Below, one piece after another: positions 9,193 through 18,746 of a DNA stretch of 64,000 nucleotides; the first letter of the stretch is position 1; every line of letters begins with the position of its first letter. The translations under genes were made by a program, and so were the position numbers. The notes under the pieces are model-generated. The model worked only from the letters and a program-made list of their open reading frames with translations, did no database searches and was not told where the DNA came from. Source of the stretch: a virus; the IMG/VR virus record IMGVR_UViG_3300046804_002762, positions 31,681 through 95,680 of that record. One strand, 5' to 3'.

Positions 9193-9221
9193 TTGAAATC
9201 CCTACCCAAAGTTGTTAAACT
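9193..9221 (+). promoter_or_regulatory. Sigma70-type promoter
   Basis: TTGAAA-17 nt-TAAACT. Confidence 0.6.
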
Positions 9222-9252
9222 ATCTCCTGTAGTTGCTTTTAGCACAAACACA

Positions 9253-10239
9253 ATGACTATTATTTCTATTCCCCTGAAAGGCGTTTCGCCTCAACTTCGC
9301 GCTGAAATTGAATCTAAACTTCCCGAACCTCTTAAAGTTCCTGGTTGGAAGTTTAATGGTTATCAATGGCGTTTGCTGTCACAGATTAACACCAAAGATT
9401 CTGAAGGAAACACTGACAATAGTGTTAGAATCTCTGGAACTGGTGACAATGAGACCTTGCAGATTTCTCTCCGTAAGGGTATTGATGTAAATAAACTTAC
9501 CCCATCAATTTATCCCAACGATAACTTGATGAATGGATTCAATAGGATTAAAAATCTTCTTGAAATTGGATACAAAGAGTGGATCTTTGCAGAATATGTT
9601 GAAGATGAATCTACTCGCAGTGAGTTTCAAGAATCTTTTGAAGAATGTTTGGATGACTTTCGCGCCGCTGCAAATGCGGGAGATGGTCAGAAAGTAATCA
9701 GCGACAAAGAAGTAGAAGAACTTGCCAGAAAGAGATTTGGGCATCGTAAGGATCAGAGTAAGCAATCTATTGCTAAATGGATTCGCACTCTTGATCTTAA
9801 TTGGAGTGGTCAAAAGATTGATGGTGTAGCTAACAAAGTCTCTAAAGATTTTACGCGCAAAGGTGTAATTGAATCATACAATCGTGATGAAGCACAACAG
9901 TTTCTAAACGATAATGGTATTGGTGCTGATCTTCTTAACACTAAAGATTCTACTCGTGTTGCACGTCTTTATCCTCAAATTATGAGGAACTTTGTTAAAA
10001 ATGGTGTAACTATGGATCTTGCATTGTTTGATAGTGACGCTTGCTCTCACGAAGAACTTGATAATCGCCAAAAAGAAACCCTTGATGAACTTAAAGAGTA
10101 TGATGAGTTGGTTATGCAATATGCCGCAAAGCGTATGCTTATGATTGGTATTCATCCTTGGAACATTATTGGTTCAATCTCTCAAAAGATTGGTGTTGAA
10201 GAACAGAAACTGGAAAATGGTTTGGTTCCTGTAGAATGA
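9253..10239 (+). CDS. Protein with probable ParB/Srx-like N-terminal domain
   Basis: L..SLRKGID...P...LMNGFNR motif; ATG 9253 follows the promoter. Confidence 0.5.
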   Translation: MTIISIPLKGVSPQLRAEIESKLPEPLKVPGWKFNGYQWRLLSQINTKDSEGNTDNSVRISGTGDNETLQISLRKGIDVNKLTPSIYPNDNLMNGFNRIKNLLEIGYKEWIFAEYVEDESTRSEFQESFEECLDDFRAAANAGDGQKVISDKEVEELARKRFGHRKDQSKQSIAKWIRTLDLNWSGQKIDGVANKVSKDFTRKGVIESYNRDEAQQFLNDNGIGADLLNTKDSTRVARLYPQIMRNFVKNGVTMDLALFDSDACSHEELDNRQKETLDELKEYDELVMQYAAKRMLMIGIHPWNIIGSISQKIGVEEQKLENGLVPVE

Positions 10240-10412
10240 AAGAAGGATTTACAATGTTCAAAGACACCTATGCTGCTGTTCCTTACGGGAATCAGTATCT
10301 TATCATTCACAATGGTCAGCAACTTGAGAAACTGTGTAGGACTGAAAGTTCTGCACGGAAATATATCACTGACCATAGGAAAAGTGTGTCATTAGGCAAA
10401 CTTCCAATGTGA
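10236..10412 (+). CDS. Small hypothetical protein
   Basis: MKEGFTMFKDTYAAVPYGNQYLIIHNG; ATGA overlap. Confidence 0.6.
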   Translation: MKEGFTMFKDTYAAVPYGNQYLIIHNGQQLEKLCRTESSARKYITDHRKSVSLGKLPM

Positions 10413-10465
10413 TTCTAACTTTGGGGCCTTGAAAGTGTTCCTATAGTGTAGTCACCTATTCCCAA

Positions 10466-10735
10466 ATGACTTTTTACTGGACGTTCGTTGACACTCTTGT
10501 TAAGAACGTCGCTACCATCAGTGCCATTGTTGTTGGAGTCAGTCAGTTTCTGATTCGTTCATTTAATGAGAACAATGGTCGTGAAAAAGTTCGTGCTGCA
10601 ACGCTTCAATTCCTGAAGTTTGTTGATACGCTGATTGAATTTGGTAAAGCACAACTTTCTCCTGCTGAAGTAGTAGAGCAACCTCAAGTTGTACCTGCTA
10701 CTGTTACCAAAACCCGCAAGCGTCGTTCCGCTTGA
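10466..10735 (+). CDS. Hypothetical protein
   Basis: First ORF after repeat 10416. Confidence 0.7.
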   Translation: MTFYWTFVDTLVKNVATISAIVVGVSQFLIRSFNENNGREKVRAATLQFLKFVDTLIEFGKAQLSPAEVVEQPQVVPATVTKTRKRRSA

Positions 10736-10804
10736 TAAACTGTCACAAGAGCACTTGCAATTCAGCAGGTGCTCCTTTATTGTACATTTGTTCTTGAAAC
10801 TCCA

Positions 10805-11008
10805 ATGATTTTCCTTACTGTTCCCGACCACGGTTGTGTTTATACTCTCTCGCAAGAAGATGGGGATGAGTTGTATTATGCTCCCATCTATGCAAATGGT
10901 AATGTAAATCTTGAGGAGTTTGCTCCTGTAGATTTAGATTCTGCAGATATGGATGAGATGGAACTCTTTGATATTCGCAATCGTCTTGCCAAACTGATGG
11001 AGGTTTAA
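10805..11008 (+). CDS. Acidic hypothetical protein
   Basis: ATG after TTGCAA-17-TATTGT promoter (10755-10783). Confidence 0.65.
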   Translation: MIFLTVPDHGCVYTLSQEDGDELYYAPIYANGNVNLEEFAPVDLDSADMDEMELFDIRNRLAKLMEV

Positions 11009-11058
11009 TGTAACTCTGGGGCCTTGAAACTGTACCTATAGCATAACCATTAGACAAA

Positions 11059-11556
11059 ATGACTCCCGAACAGAGATTCCAACAACTATTTGAGGAAATG
11101 TATCAACTTTGTGAAGAGCAAGGTTGGGGAGATCCTTTCAGTTATGCTCGCTCCCGTGAGATTCATCTTGCTGGTATTCTTGGGCATAAAGTAGCAGAAA
11201 CCTATTCTGGTGCTGATGCTGTGGATGAAGATGGTGAATGTGAGTATAAATCTACCATTGCCAATTCTATCAATGGGACGTATAATGGTATCAGTGTTCA
11301 AGATACCTGGGAAGAGCAAGAGCGTTATTTAATTGAGGAGAAACTTGGTAAGTATTCCAATCACTATATTGCTCGCTATGAGGGTGGCAAAGTTGTAGAA
11401 GTTTGGAAACTGACTGGTGATAATGTGCTGATGGTTCTGCTTCCTAAACTAAAGAAAGATTGGGAGCGTAAGATTCACGGTAAGCACAAAGATCCCCGTC
11501 TCTCTGGTAATCTAACTAAGAAAGAAATCCAACAGTTTGGGACTCGCATTGTATGA
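11059..11556 (+). CDS. PvuII-like PD-(D/E)xK restriction endonuclease
   Basis: GADAVDEDGECEYKS compared with recalled PvuII GNDAVDNAGQEYELKS; C-terminal WERK..G.HKD...GTRIV; similar length. Confidence 0.65.
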   Translation: MTPEQRFQQLFEEMYQLCEEQGWGDPFSYARSREIHLAGILGHKVAETYSGADAVDEDGECEYKSTIANSINGTYNGISVQDTWEEQERYLIEEKLGKYSNHYIARYEGGKVVEVWKLTGDNVLMVLLPKLKKDWERKIHGKHKDPRLSGNLTKKEIQQFGTRIV

Positions 11557-12104
11557 CGATTGATAGTGGAAAACTAATGTATTCGGAGGGTAACAATGAC
11601 GAATGTTACACTCCGTTTTATGCTGTAACTCCCATTCTGAAGTATATTCCCAAAGATGCAAAAGTCTGGTGTCCTTTTGACACTGCTGAGAGCGAGTTTG
11701 TTAAGCAAATCTCCCAAACTCATAGTGTAGAATACTCTCACATAAGTGAAGGAAAAGATTTCTTTACCTATGAACCTTTTCACTGGGATGTGATTGTATC
11801 CAATCCACCATTCACAAACAAACGTAAGTTCTTTGAGCGAGCATTATCATTTGACAAACCATTTGCTCTGATTATGACTAACACTTGGTTGAATGATAGT
11901 GCTCCGAAGCAGTTGTTTAAGGACAAGGATTTGCAACTGTTGATGTTTGACAAGCGTATGAAGTTTAACAGTCCTGATGGTCGTCCAAACGACAAGATTA
12001 CGTTCAGTTCTAGTTACTACTGCTGGAACTTTCTTCCCAAGCAAATCATTATGGAAGAACTTAACATACCAAAGAGCACATCAGAAGCAAAACTTCCTCT
12101 ATAA
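11553..12104 (+). CDS. Amino-(N6-adenine) DNA methyltransferase, small phage type
   Basis: DECYTP, VWCPFD, GKDFF, VSNPPF motif IV; ATGA overlap with the nuclease. Confidence 0.8.
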   Translation: MTIDSGKLMYSEGNNDECYTPFYAVTPILKYIPKDAKVWCPFDTAESEFVKQISQTHSVEYSHISEGKDFFTYEPFHWDVIVSNPPFTNKRKFFERALSFDKPFALIMTNTWLNDSAPKQLFKDKDLQLLMFDKRMKFNSPDGRPNDKITFSSSYYCWNFLPKQIIMEELNIPKSTSEAKLPL

Positions 12105-12139
12105 CACTAACTCTGGGGCCTTGAAACTGTACCTATAGT

Positions 12140-13036
12140 ATGAAGAACACTCACCTAGAACATCCTGAAGATAGCATCCTTACGGGTGATCTATCTGTGC
12201 TTGATTGGTTCTCTGAACCTGATAGTTCGATCAGTGTCAAGATAGATGGTGCTCCTGCCATAGTTTTTGGTACTGATCCTGAAACTGGTAAGTTTTTTGT
12301 GGGCACCAAGTCGGTATTCAACAAGAAAAAGATTAAGGTTAATTATAGTATTGAAGACATTCTGCGGAATCACGGTAACACTGTTCGCGTTGCAGAGATT
12401 CTTATTGCCTGCTTCGACAATCTGCCCCGAATTGATGGTATCATTCAAGGTGATTTCATTGGATACGGTGGAGACGACACTTATCGTCCCAACACTATCA
12501 CTTACAAGTTTCCGAATTGTGTAGAGGAAGCAATTATCTTTGCTCCTCACACTACCTATTCTGGTCCTAATTTGCGTGAGTGTGTTGCATCTTTCGGTGC
12601 AGATGTCCCTGACTGTGAGAATGTGAAATGGGTGCAACCTGAGGCATCTATTTGCCCTCATCGTGAGGATATTGAAGATGTGTGCAAGTTTGCTAAACAA
12701 ATGAGCACTCTATGTGAGTTCGTAAGTAACAAACAAGTAGCAGAACTCAAAAAAGTCATCAATTCCTACATTCGTGAGGGTAAGGAGGTGGATGAGCATG
12801 AAATTGCAGAAAATTTCGATGTTGATGTGAACCTGCTGCGACTGTGGAAGTTGGTGTATTCAATCAAGGTCGATTTGTTCTTCTTCATTGATGCTGACGA
12901 CAGTATTTCGTGTGAGATTGGTGGAAGGGAGTCTGTTCACGAAGGTTTCGTAATGACCAACAAGTTTGGTACTTACAAAGTAGTTGACCGCGCAGAGTTT
13001 AGCAGACTCAATTTTACACTTGAAAAGAGTTGGTAA
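12140..13036 (+). CDS. KxDG nucleotidyltransferase/ligase-like protein (DUF6267-like)
   Basis: HLEHPED, SVKIDGAPA, QGD, HEGFV, KVVDRAEFS. Confidence 0.6.
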   Translation: MKNTHLEHPEDSILTGDLSVLDWFSEPDSSISVKIDGAPAIVFGTDPETGKFFVGTKSVFNKKKIKVNYSIEDILRNHGNTVRVAEILIACFDNLPRIDGIIQGDFIGYGGDDTYRPNTITYKFPNCVEEAIIFAPHTTYSGPNLRECVASFGADVPDCENVKWVQPEASICPHREDIEDVCKFAKQMSTLCEFVSNKQVAELKKVINSYIREGKEVDEHEIAENFDVDVNLLRLWKLVYSIKVDLFFFIDADDSISCEIGGRESVHEGFVMTNKFGTYKVVDRAEFSRLNFTLEKSW

Positions 13037-13065
13037 CTCTGGGGCCTTGAAAGTGTCCTTATAGT

Positions 13066-13833
13066 ATGAGCACTGCACAAAGTCAAATGATTAACCAAAT
13101 CGCTGAAATGATTGTGGATGCTGCTAATGATCCACGCACCGCCGATAACATCCGCGAAATGCACAAACACCCACAAGGTGCAGAAACTTTGCGTCTGATT
13201 GTGCGTGATAATGTAGCAGGTGCTGCTGATGTAGTTGCTAATGCTCTCTGGAACAATCTCTGAAACTAAAATGACTACCACGTTCGCAGAATACGCTGCA
13301 CAGAAAGATGCACAAAACACAATCTATCTTAACATTGTTAAGTATGGTCTGATGCTATGTGATGCTCTGACCGCTGATGCGCCTGATAATTACTTCTATG
13401 AACTGGATAGTTCTGGTCGTAAGTATCATCGAATCTGGATGTACATTGGCGATCGTCGTGATAGCATCCACGCCTTTATTGATAAGAAAACAGGTTCAGT
13501 ATTGAAACCTGCAAGTGTAAAGGCACCTGCAAAGGGTGAGCGTTACAATCTCCTCTCTATTCCTTCCCGCGAGAAGTGTCTTGAGAGTGCAGATTGGTCG
13601 GGTGGTTATCTTTACGCAAAATGAACTACAAAGATCAACTGCTTCTTGAAATCAATCAAATCTGGCAGCAACTTACTGATGCTGGATGTAAAAATGCTGC
13701 TGATGGTGTAGATGCTGCGATTGCTTCTGCAGGTAATGACCTGACTAAGATTATGGCAGCGCACGATTATGCTTGCTGGCATTTACAAGAACTGGAAAAA
13801 ATGAGTTTGATTGATTCAACAATTATTGAGTGA
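13066..13833 (+). CDS. Three small hypothetical ORFs: 13066-13263, 13271-13624, 13621-13833
   Basis: First ATG lies in the repeat; second has GRKYHRI...HAFIDKKTG.V.KPAS.KAPAK. Confidence 0.7.
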
Positions 13834-13839
13834 AATGAA

Positions 13840-14337
13840 TTACTCTAACATCATAACCTTTACATAACCTTTATGTGACTTTCTATTACCTTTTGCTACA
13901 TTACATAGATGTGACTTTGAGAGATTATTCTCACGACAATACTTCGCAAGATTAGTAACTTCAATAACTTCTCCAGTTTCTTTAGTTAAAATCCAACTTT
14001 TTTCTGCTATTGTTCTACCTTCATTCTCAAACTTTTCTCTTTGAGATTTATTACCTTTCACTCCATTCTCTTTAACCTTATCTGGATTTTGTTCTCTCCA
14101 CTTTTTACCACCTTCTAAAATAACATCCATAAATGCTTTATTTCTTGCTCTTCTAAACTCTGGATTTTTTACATCACCTAAAATCATTTTGTAAGCACAA
14201 AAATCTTTATAATCTCCCAACAACTTCCACTCACAAAAGTGAAACATAGCGTGTTGAGTTGGTGTTACTTCCACAAGATTTGTTGGGTCGTCGGTCCCAC
14301 CTCTGTGTTTAGGAATGATGTGATGTTTGTGCTTCAT
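13840..14337 (-). CDS. HNH homing endonuclease
   Basis: HKHHIIPKHRGGTDDPTNLVEVTPTQHAMFH; C-terminal HTH-like NLAKYCRENNLSKSHL; TAAATA upstream on the minus strand. Confidence 0.85.
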   Translation of the reverse strand: MKHKHHIIPKHRGGTDDPTNLVEVTPTQHAMFHFCEWKLLGDYKDFCAYKMILGDVKNPEFRRARNKAFMDVILEGGKKWREQNPDKVKENGVKGNKSQREKFENEGRTIAEKSWILTKETGEVIEVTNLAKYCRENNLSKSHLCNVAKGNRKSHKGYVKVMMLE

Positions 14338-14503
14338 TTTTAACCAAAGTTGCCATTATTATTTAGCACAATATTATGCTTTTGATAACACTACCGATCC
14401 TAAACTTCAACGCTTCATTTATACGGAGATCAAAAAGATTCTCATTCAGCAAGGTAAATGGTGAGCAACAGTAACTCTGGGGCCTTGAAAGTGTCCCTAT
14501 AGT

Positions 14504-15512
14504 ATGAGAACAACCACTGAAACCAAGATGAACACCAACATCGTCTCCGAAATCTACTCCTATCACACGAATTGGAAGGAGGGTAAAGTCAACCAGATGT
14601 GGATTCAGCAAGTGAATGACAAGTTCATCGCTATTGCATACAATCCCGAAAAGAATGTTTCGATGCCTATGTCGAAACCCCGCACTTCCTACCAAGAGAC
14701 TCTCAAATGGGTTCGCGGTTGGTGTGGTACTTTCTGCACACTTCCTGCCTGATTGATTATGCTAACCTCTGGAATCTTAGTCCTGGTTGCTTACTCTTTA
14801 GGAGCAGCACAAGTCCTTCTCGTCCAACACTTTCTTCGCAAATGAATAAACTCACTAAAGCACAAAAAGAGATTCTTCTCACTCTTGAGAATGGAGATGA
14901 AGTTCTCAACTGGTCTCAACGGATGCGAGCACTTCAACCGCTGATTGATGCTGGTATTGTTTATATCAAAGAAACCAAAGATCCAAATGGTCATACAAAC
15001 AGTGTAAGAGTCGCACTGGTTGATTGATGATGAAAAACTATCGCGTTCGTGTTGAAACTAACGATGGATGTGTGACGATTTGGTATGAGAAATCCAATGC
15101 AAAGACTGCGGACAAACTGATACTCAATCGGGTATACAATCAACTCTGTGGTCTAAACATTAAAGAAATCTCTGTTAATCCCTCTGTCTGATCATGACTG
15201 ACCTTCGTTATTCTACTGGTGAGGAACTTGAGCAGTTCTTGTATGAGAAATGTCGTGAAGATGCTGACCTTCTGGCAACTATCATCAGCGAATATGTGTC
15301 CTCTCTGAGTGATAGCAAACTCTTTGAACTTGAGGACTTTCTTTCTAACAACTTTGGAGACGATTGAATTGTGAAATACGAAGTTAAAATGTATCAAGGT
15401 GGAAGAACTTTCGTTGAAGAAGTTTATGCTCCTGACCCCAAATCTGCAAGAGAGACTGCACAAGTTCGCAATCCTTCGTGTAAAGTTATTGGAGTAAATG
15501 TTTCTTTCAAGT
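14504..15512 (+). CDS. Run of small hypothetical ORFs: 14504-14752, ~14842-15027 and further <60-aa ORFs
   Basis: Closely packed + strand ORFs after repeat 14472. Confidence 0.6.
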
Positions 15513-15513
15513 A

Positions 15514-15612
15514 ATAAATAATGATGCCTTAACTGACTCGCATCTTTAAGGTTGGAGAGGAGAAATCCTCTCCTTTTAGTATAAATAATACTGCGAGTCA
15601 TTTCAAGAGCAG
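15514..15612 (+). repeat. Second copy of the ~100-bp regulatory module
   Basis: Near-identical to 5811-5910. Confidence 0.9.
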
Positions 15613-15614
15613 TT

Positions 15615-16148
15615 ATGCAAAAAGTAAGCGTTCAAGCATTGAACGAATGTTTCAATGTATCTGGCCCCGATTATGTTGAAATGCCTGAAGATTGGAAAGA
15701 TGTTGGTAATGAGTATCTATCAATTTTAGCAAGTAAAGCAGGTAAAATAAGTGCAGAAGTACAGAGAGAAAATCAAATAGGTATTTTTTCATTAACAAAA
15801 GAAGATAGGGTGAAAAATGGAAGAAAGGGAGGTTTAATTTCTGGAAATAATAATAAGAAAAACAAAACGGGTTTCTGTGGAAGAAGTAAAGAAAAGATGA
15901 GTATAGATGGTAGAAAAGCGGGAAAAATAGGAGGAAAAGTTAATGGCAAATTAACTTACGAAAATAAAACTGGTATTCACGGATTATCTAAAGAAGAAAC
16001 AAAAAGAAATGCAAGTATGGGAGGAAAAGTAATAAGTTCTCAAAGATGGAAATGTTTAGTTACGGGATTTATTTCAACCGCTGGTGCATTAGGAAATTAT
16101 CAAAAAGCAAGAGGAATTGATACTTCGCAGAGAGTAAGAGTTGAATAA
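15615..16148 (+). CDS. Basic KGG-repeat protein, probably homing-endonuclease-related
   Basis: Repeated GIFSLTKE..NGRKGG / GIHGLSKEE..ASMGG; AT-rich; late promoter; no clear nuclease motif. Confidence 0.5.
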   Translation: MQKVSVQALNECFNVSGPDYVEMPEDWKDVGNEYLSILASKAGKISAEVQRENQIGIFSLTKEDRVKNGRKGGLISGNNNKKNKTGFCGRSKEKMSIDGRKAGKIGGKVNGKLTYENKTGIHGLSKEETKRNASMGGKVISSQRWKCLVTGFISTAGALGNYQKARGIDTSQRVRVE

Positions 16149-16206
16149 TACTCAATGCAACTTTCAAATAACAGTAACTCTGGGGCCTTCAAAGTGTCCC
16201 TATAGT

Positions 16207-17001
16207 ATGAGCACAACCTTTTCCGTCCGATTCGATTCCAATGCACTCAATTCGCCTGAGTATATTGGACCTTTCTACACTGAAGATGAGGCACAAGATT
16301 ATGCTGATGATCGCAACAGTTCGTTAGCATTATCAGGTGTTCCTTCAAGTGTAGCATTTTACTCTGTTGTTTCCTGATTATGAAGTTCATTGGTAACTGC
16401 ATTAACTCTTTTGATGAGAATGGTGATTGTATCATTCCTTCACTTCCATTCGCAAATGTTACAGAGTTCGCTCAACTTGTGGAAGAAAGTGATAATGTAG
16501 AGATTGGTGATTTCATTATTCAATACAACGAAGAAACCGACGTTCATTCATTCTACTTTAACTGATTATGTTGTTCCAAGTTACTGCAATCGAGTTTGAT
16601 TACGATGAAGATGATGACTTTCCCGAGCATCAATTCTCAAACATTACCGATGAAACAATCGGTATGATTTGGGAAGCAGATGATGAAGATGATCTAGTTG
16701 AAGAGATTACTGCTGCAACAGGTTGGTGTATCAAATCTCTTGATTATCGCCACATTCTGAAATGATTTCCCTTCCTAATTTCACAAACAAAATGACATTC
16801 ACTGATTCACTGATTTCACAAGGTTATGTCTTCGATGATGAGAATTATGATGGTTGTTATGTAAAGCAAGATGCTGATGGTTTCATTCACCTTTATCAGG
16901 AAAATGTGGATGATGAAACTGACACTCTCTGGAATTATGTAAAGATGACTGAGGATTATGATGTCATCGAAGAAAAGACTTTTGCTCCTAACTGCAACTA
17001 A
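16207..17001 (+). CDS. Four small acidic ORFs: 16207-16377, 16380-16565, 16568-16765, 16792-17001
   Basis: First ATG lies in repeat 16175; tightly packed. Confidence 0.7.
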
Positions 17002-17014
17002 TTTCACAAACAAA

Positions 17015-17162
17015 ATGGACCTTACTCAAGAACAATACGATTCGTCGAACTGTAGCAGTTGCAGGTCTTAAAAAGACTTTCCCACTTAACATTCACGGTC
17101 GTATTTACAACACTCAAAAGGAATATGATGATGCACTTGCTGACTTTATCAATGGTCTCTAA
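17015..17162 (+). pseudogene. Out-of-frame fusion remnant, paralog of 17415-17597
   Basis: MDLTQEQYD then stop; the other frame gives ...TFPLNIHGRIYNTQKEYDDALADFINGL*. Confidence 0.65.
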
Positions 17163-17197
17163 TTCTAACTCTGGGGCCTTGAAAGTGTCCCTATAGT

Positions 17198-18077
17198 ATG
17201 AACAACACTCCAATCGACTTCCAAACCGACATCACTCCTACACTTCTGGAGTTTATGTGCAACAATCACACTGATCTGAATGACTGTGTAGACTTTGTTT
17301 GCTGTCAATTTGATCTCGATGCAACTGATGAGTTGATTGATCAGATTGCAGATGAGTTTGATGCTTTCTTCGGTAACTGATTCACACAAACACTTTTCCC
17401 ACTAATTGAAACAAATGACAAACTACAATCCTTACGTTCAAAACCTGATTGAGATGGGTTACGATGAGCAAGACTGCCGTATGGTTTCTGATGCTGGTCG
17501 CCAGAATGTAACCTACCCTCGTAACATTCACGGTCGCATCTTTGAGACTGAAGCAGACTATAAAGAAGCACTTGCTGACTTCATCAATGGTCTGTAGAGT
17601 TAAAGTTACTCACCTCCAAAGTGTCCTAGTAGTATGAGCACTGACATCACCCCGATTATAAATCTATTTCAGGAGTTTGCATCTAATCTGCCTGATGGAT
17701 TCTGGAAGTTTATTGTACTTCTCTTCCTTGTTTATGGATTAGGTGCTTTGATTGCATTTAATTCTTCTTCCAAAGACAACACAAGTCCTCTCTTCTGGGT
17801 TGACTTCTCTGATGATTCTGACATCAACGGCGATTCCTGATTTCAAACTATGATCTACACTTCTCCTCTCACCTCTAAAGTCTATCAAATCGTTGAGACT
17901 TCACACACACGCAATGCCTGGGATGAGCAAGGCAATCTAACACCTTATCAGCAATCTGTCTTTGAGATCTATTATGAAGGACAGAAAGTGCAGTTTGCAT
18001 TAACTGCTGAAGGTGTTGCTGCGAGTGTAGCACATCTTGAGAATCCTGGTCCTGATGTATCTTCCCGCTATGATTGA
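17198..18077 (+). CDS. Small ORFs 17198-17380, 17415-17597, 17634-17840, 17850-18077
   Basis: Two of the four start at repeat-embedded ATGs. Confidence 0.7.
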
Positions 18078-18520
18078 TGGCAAGGAGACTAACACTTAAG
18101 AGTCCATCCCAAGTGAAAACTATTGCCCTCATTTTTGCTGTTGCGTTTATACTCTCACCTGGAGTTCGCAACATCACCTCTAGCACATTACACACTGTAG
18201 CAAACATTATCTCACAACAACAATGAGTTTCTCAACTGCTGAAATTACTGCTCTTAAATCATTGATAGAGTTTCATGATGATTGGGATGAAGTAAGTGAA
18301 CTTATGGGCACTGATATAGAAGCATTGTACGAAAAAGTTTGTGAACTTGACACCAATGATTGAGACTGATTTTTACATTTTAAGTGGCGAACAATATCAA
18401 GAGTTTTATACCGAAGCACAGAAGATTGGTGTGACTATTGATTACTTTCTTGATGAGTTTTGTTATGTTGAAGGACCATACATTGTGAGTGATTAAGCAG
18501 CACATCTTTCTCACTAATTA

Positions 18521-18641
18521 ACACTTTCACTTTTTTCGACAATTTCACTGCGGGGGATGACCTAGACTGCCTGACAAGTGAAATCGCAAGTTTTTTCGGT
18601 TTTTGCTTGAGTGCTGGACTGGGATCTCAGCGAGACGCACC
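18521..18641 (+). repeat. Non-coding element, homolog of 9061-9182 (inverted)
   Basis: Shared blocks at conserved spacing. Confidence 0.75.
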
Positions 18642-18746
18642 TGAGACTGAGACCTGATACCAGCAGCAGCGAGCAAATCCTACAAAGTAACACAAACTCT
18701 TCAGTGAATAACAGTAACTCTGGGGCCTTGAAAGTGTCCCTATAGT

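Noticed and set aside
12108-12142. Repeat as a standard -35/-10 promoter (TTGAAA/TATAGT)
   Set aside because: The spacer is 7 nt, and a start site downstream of TATAGT would fall past the ATG.
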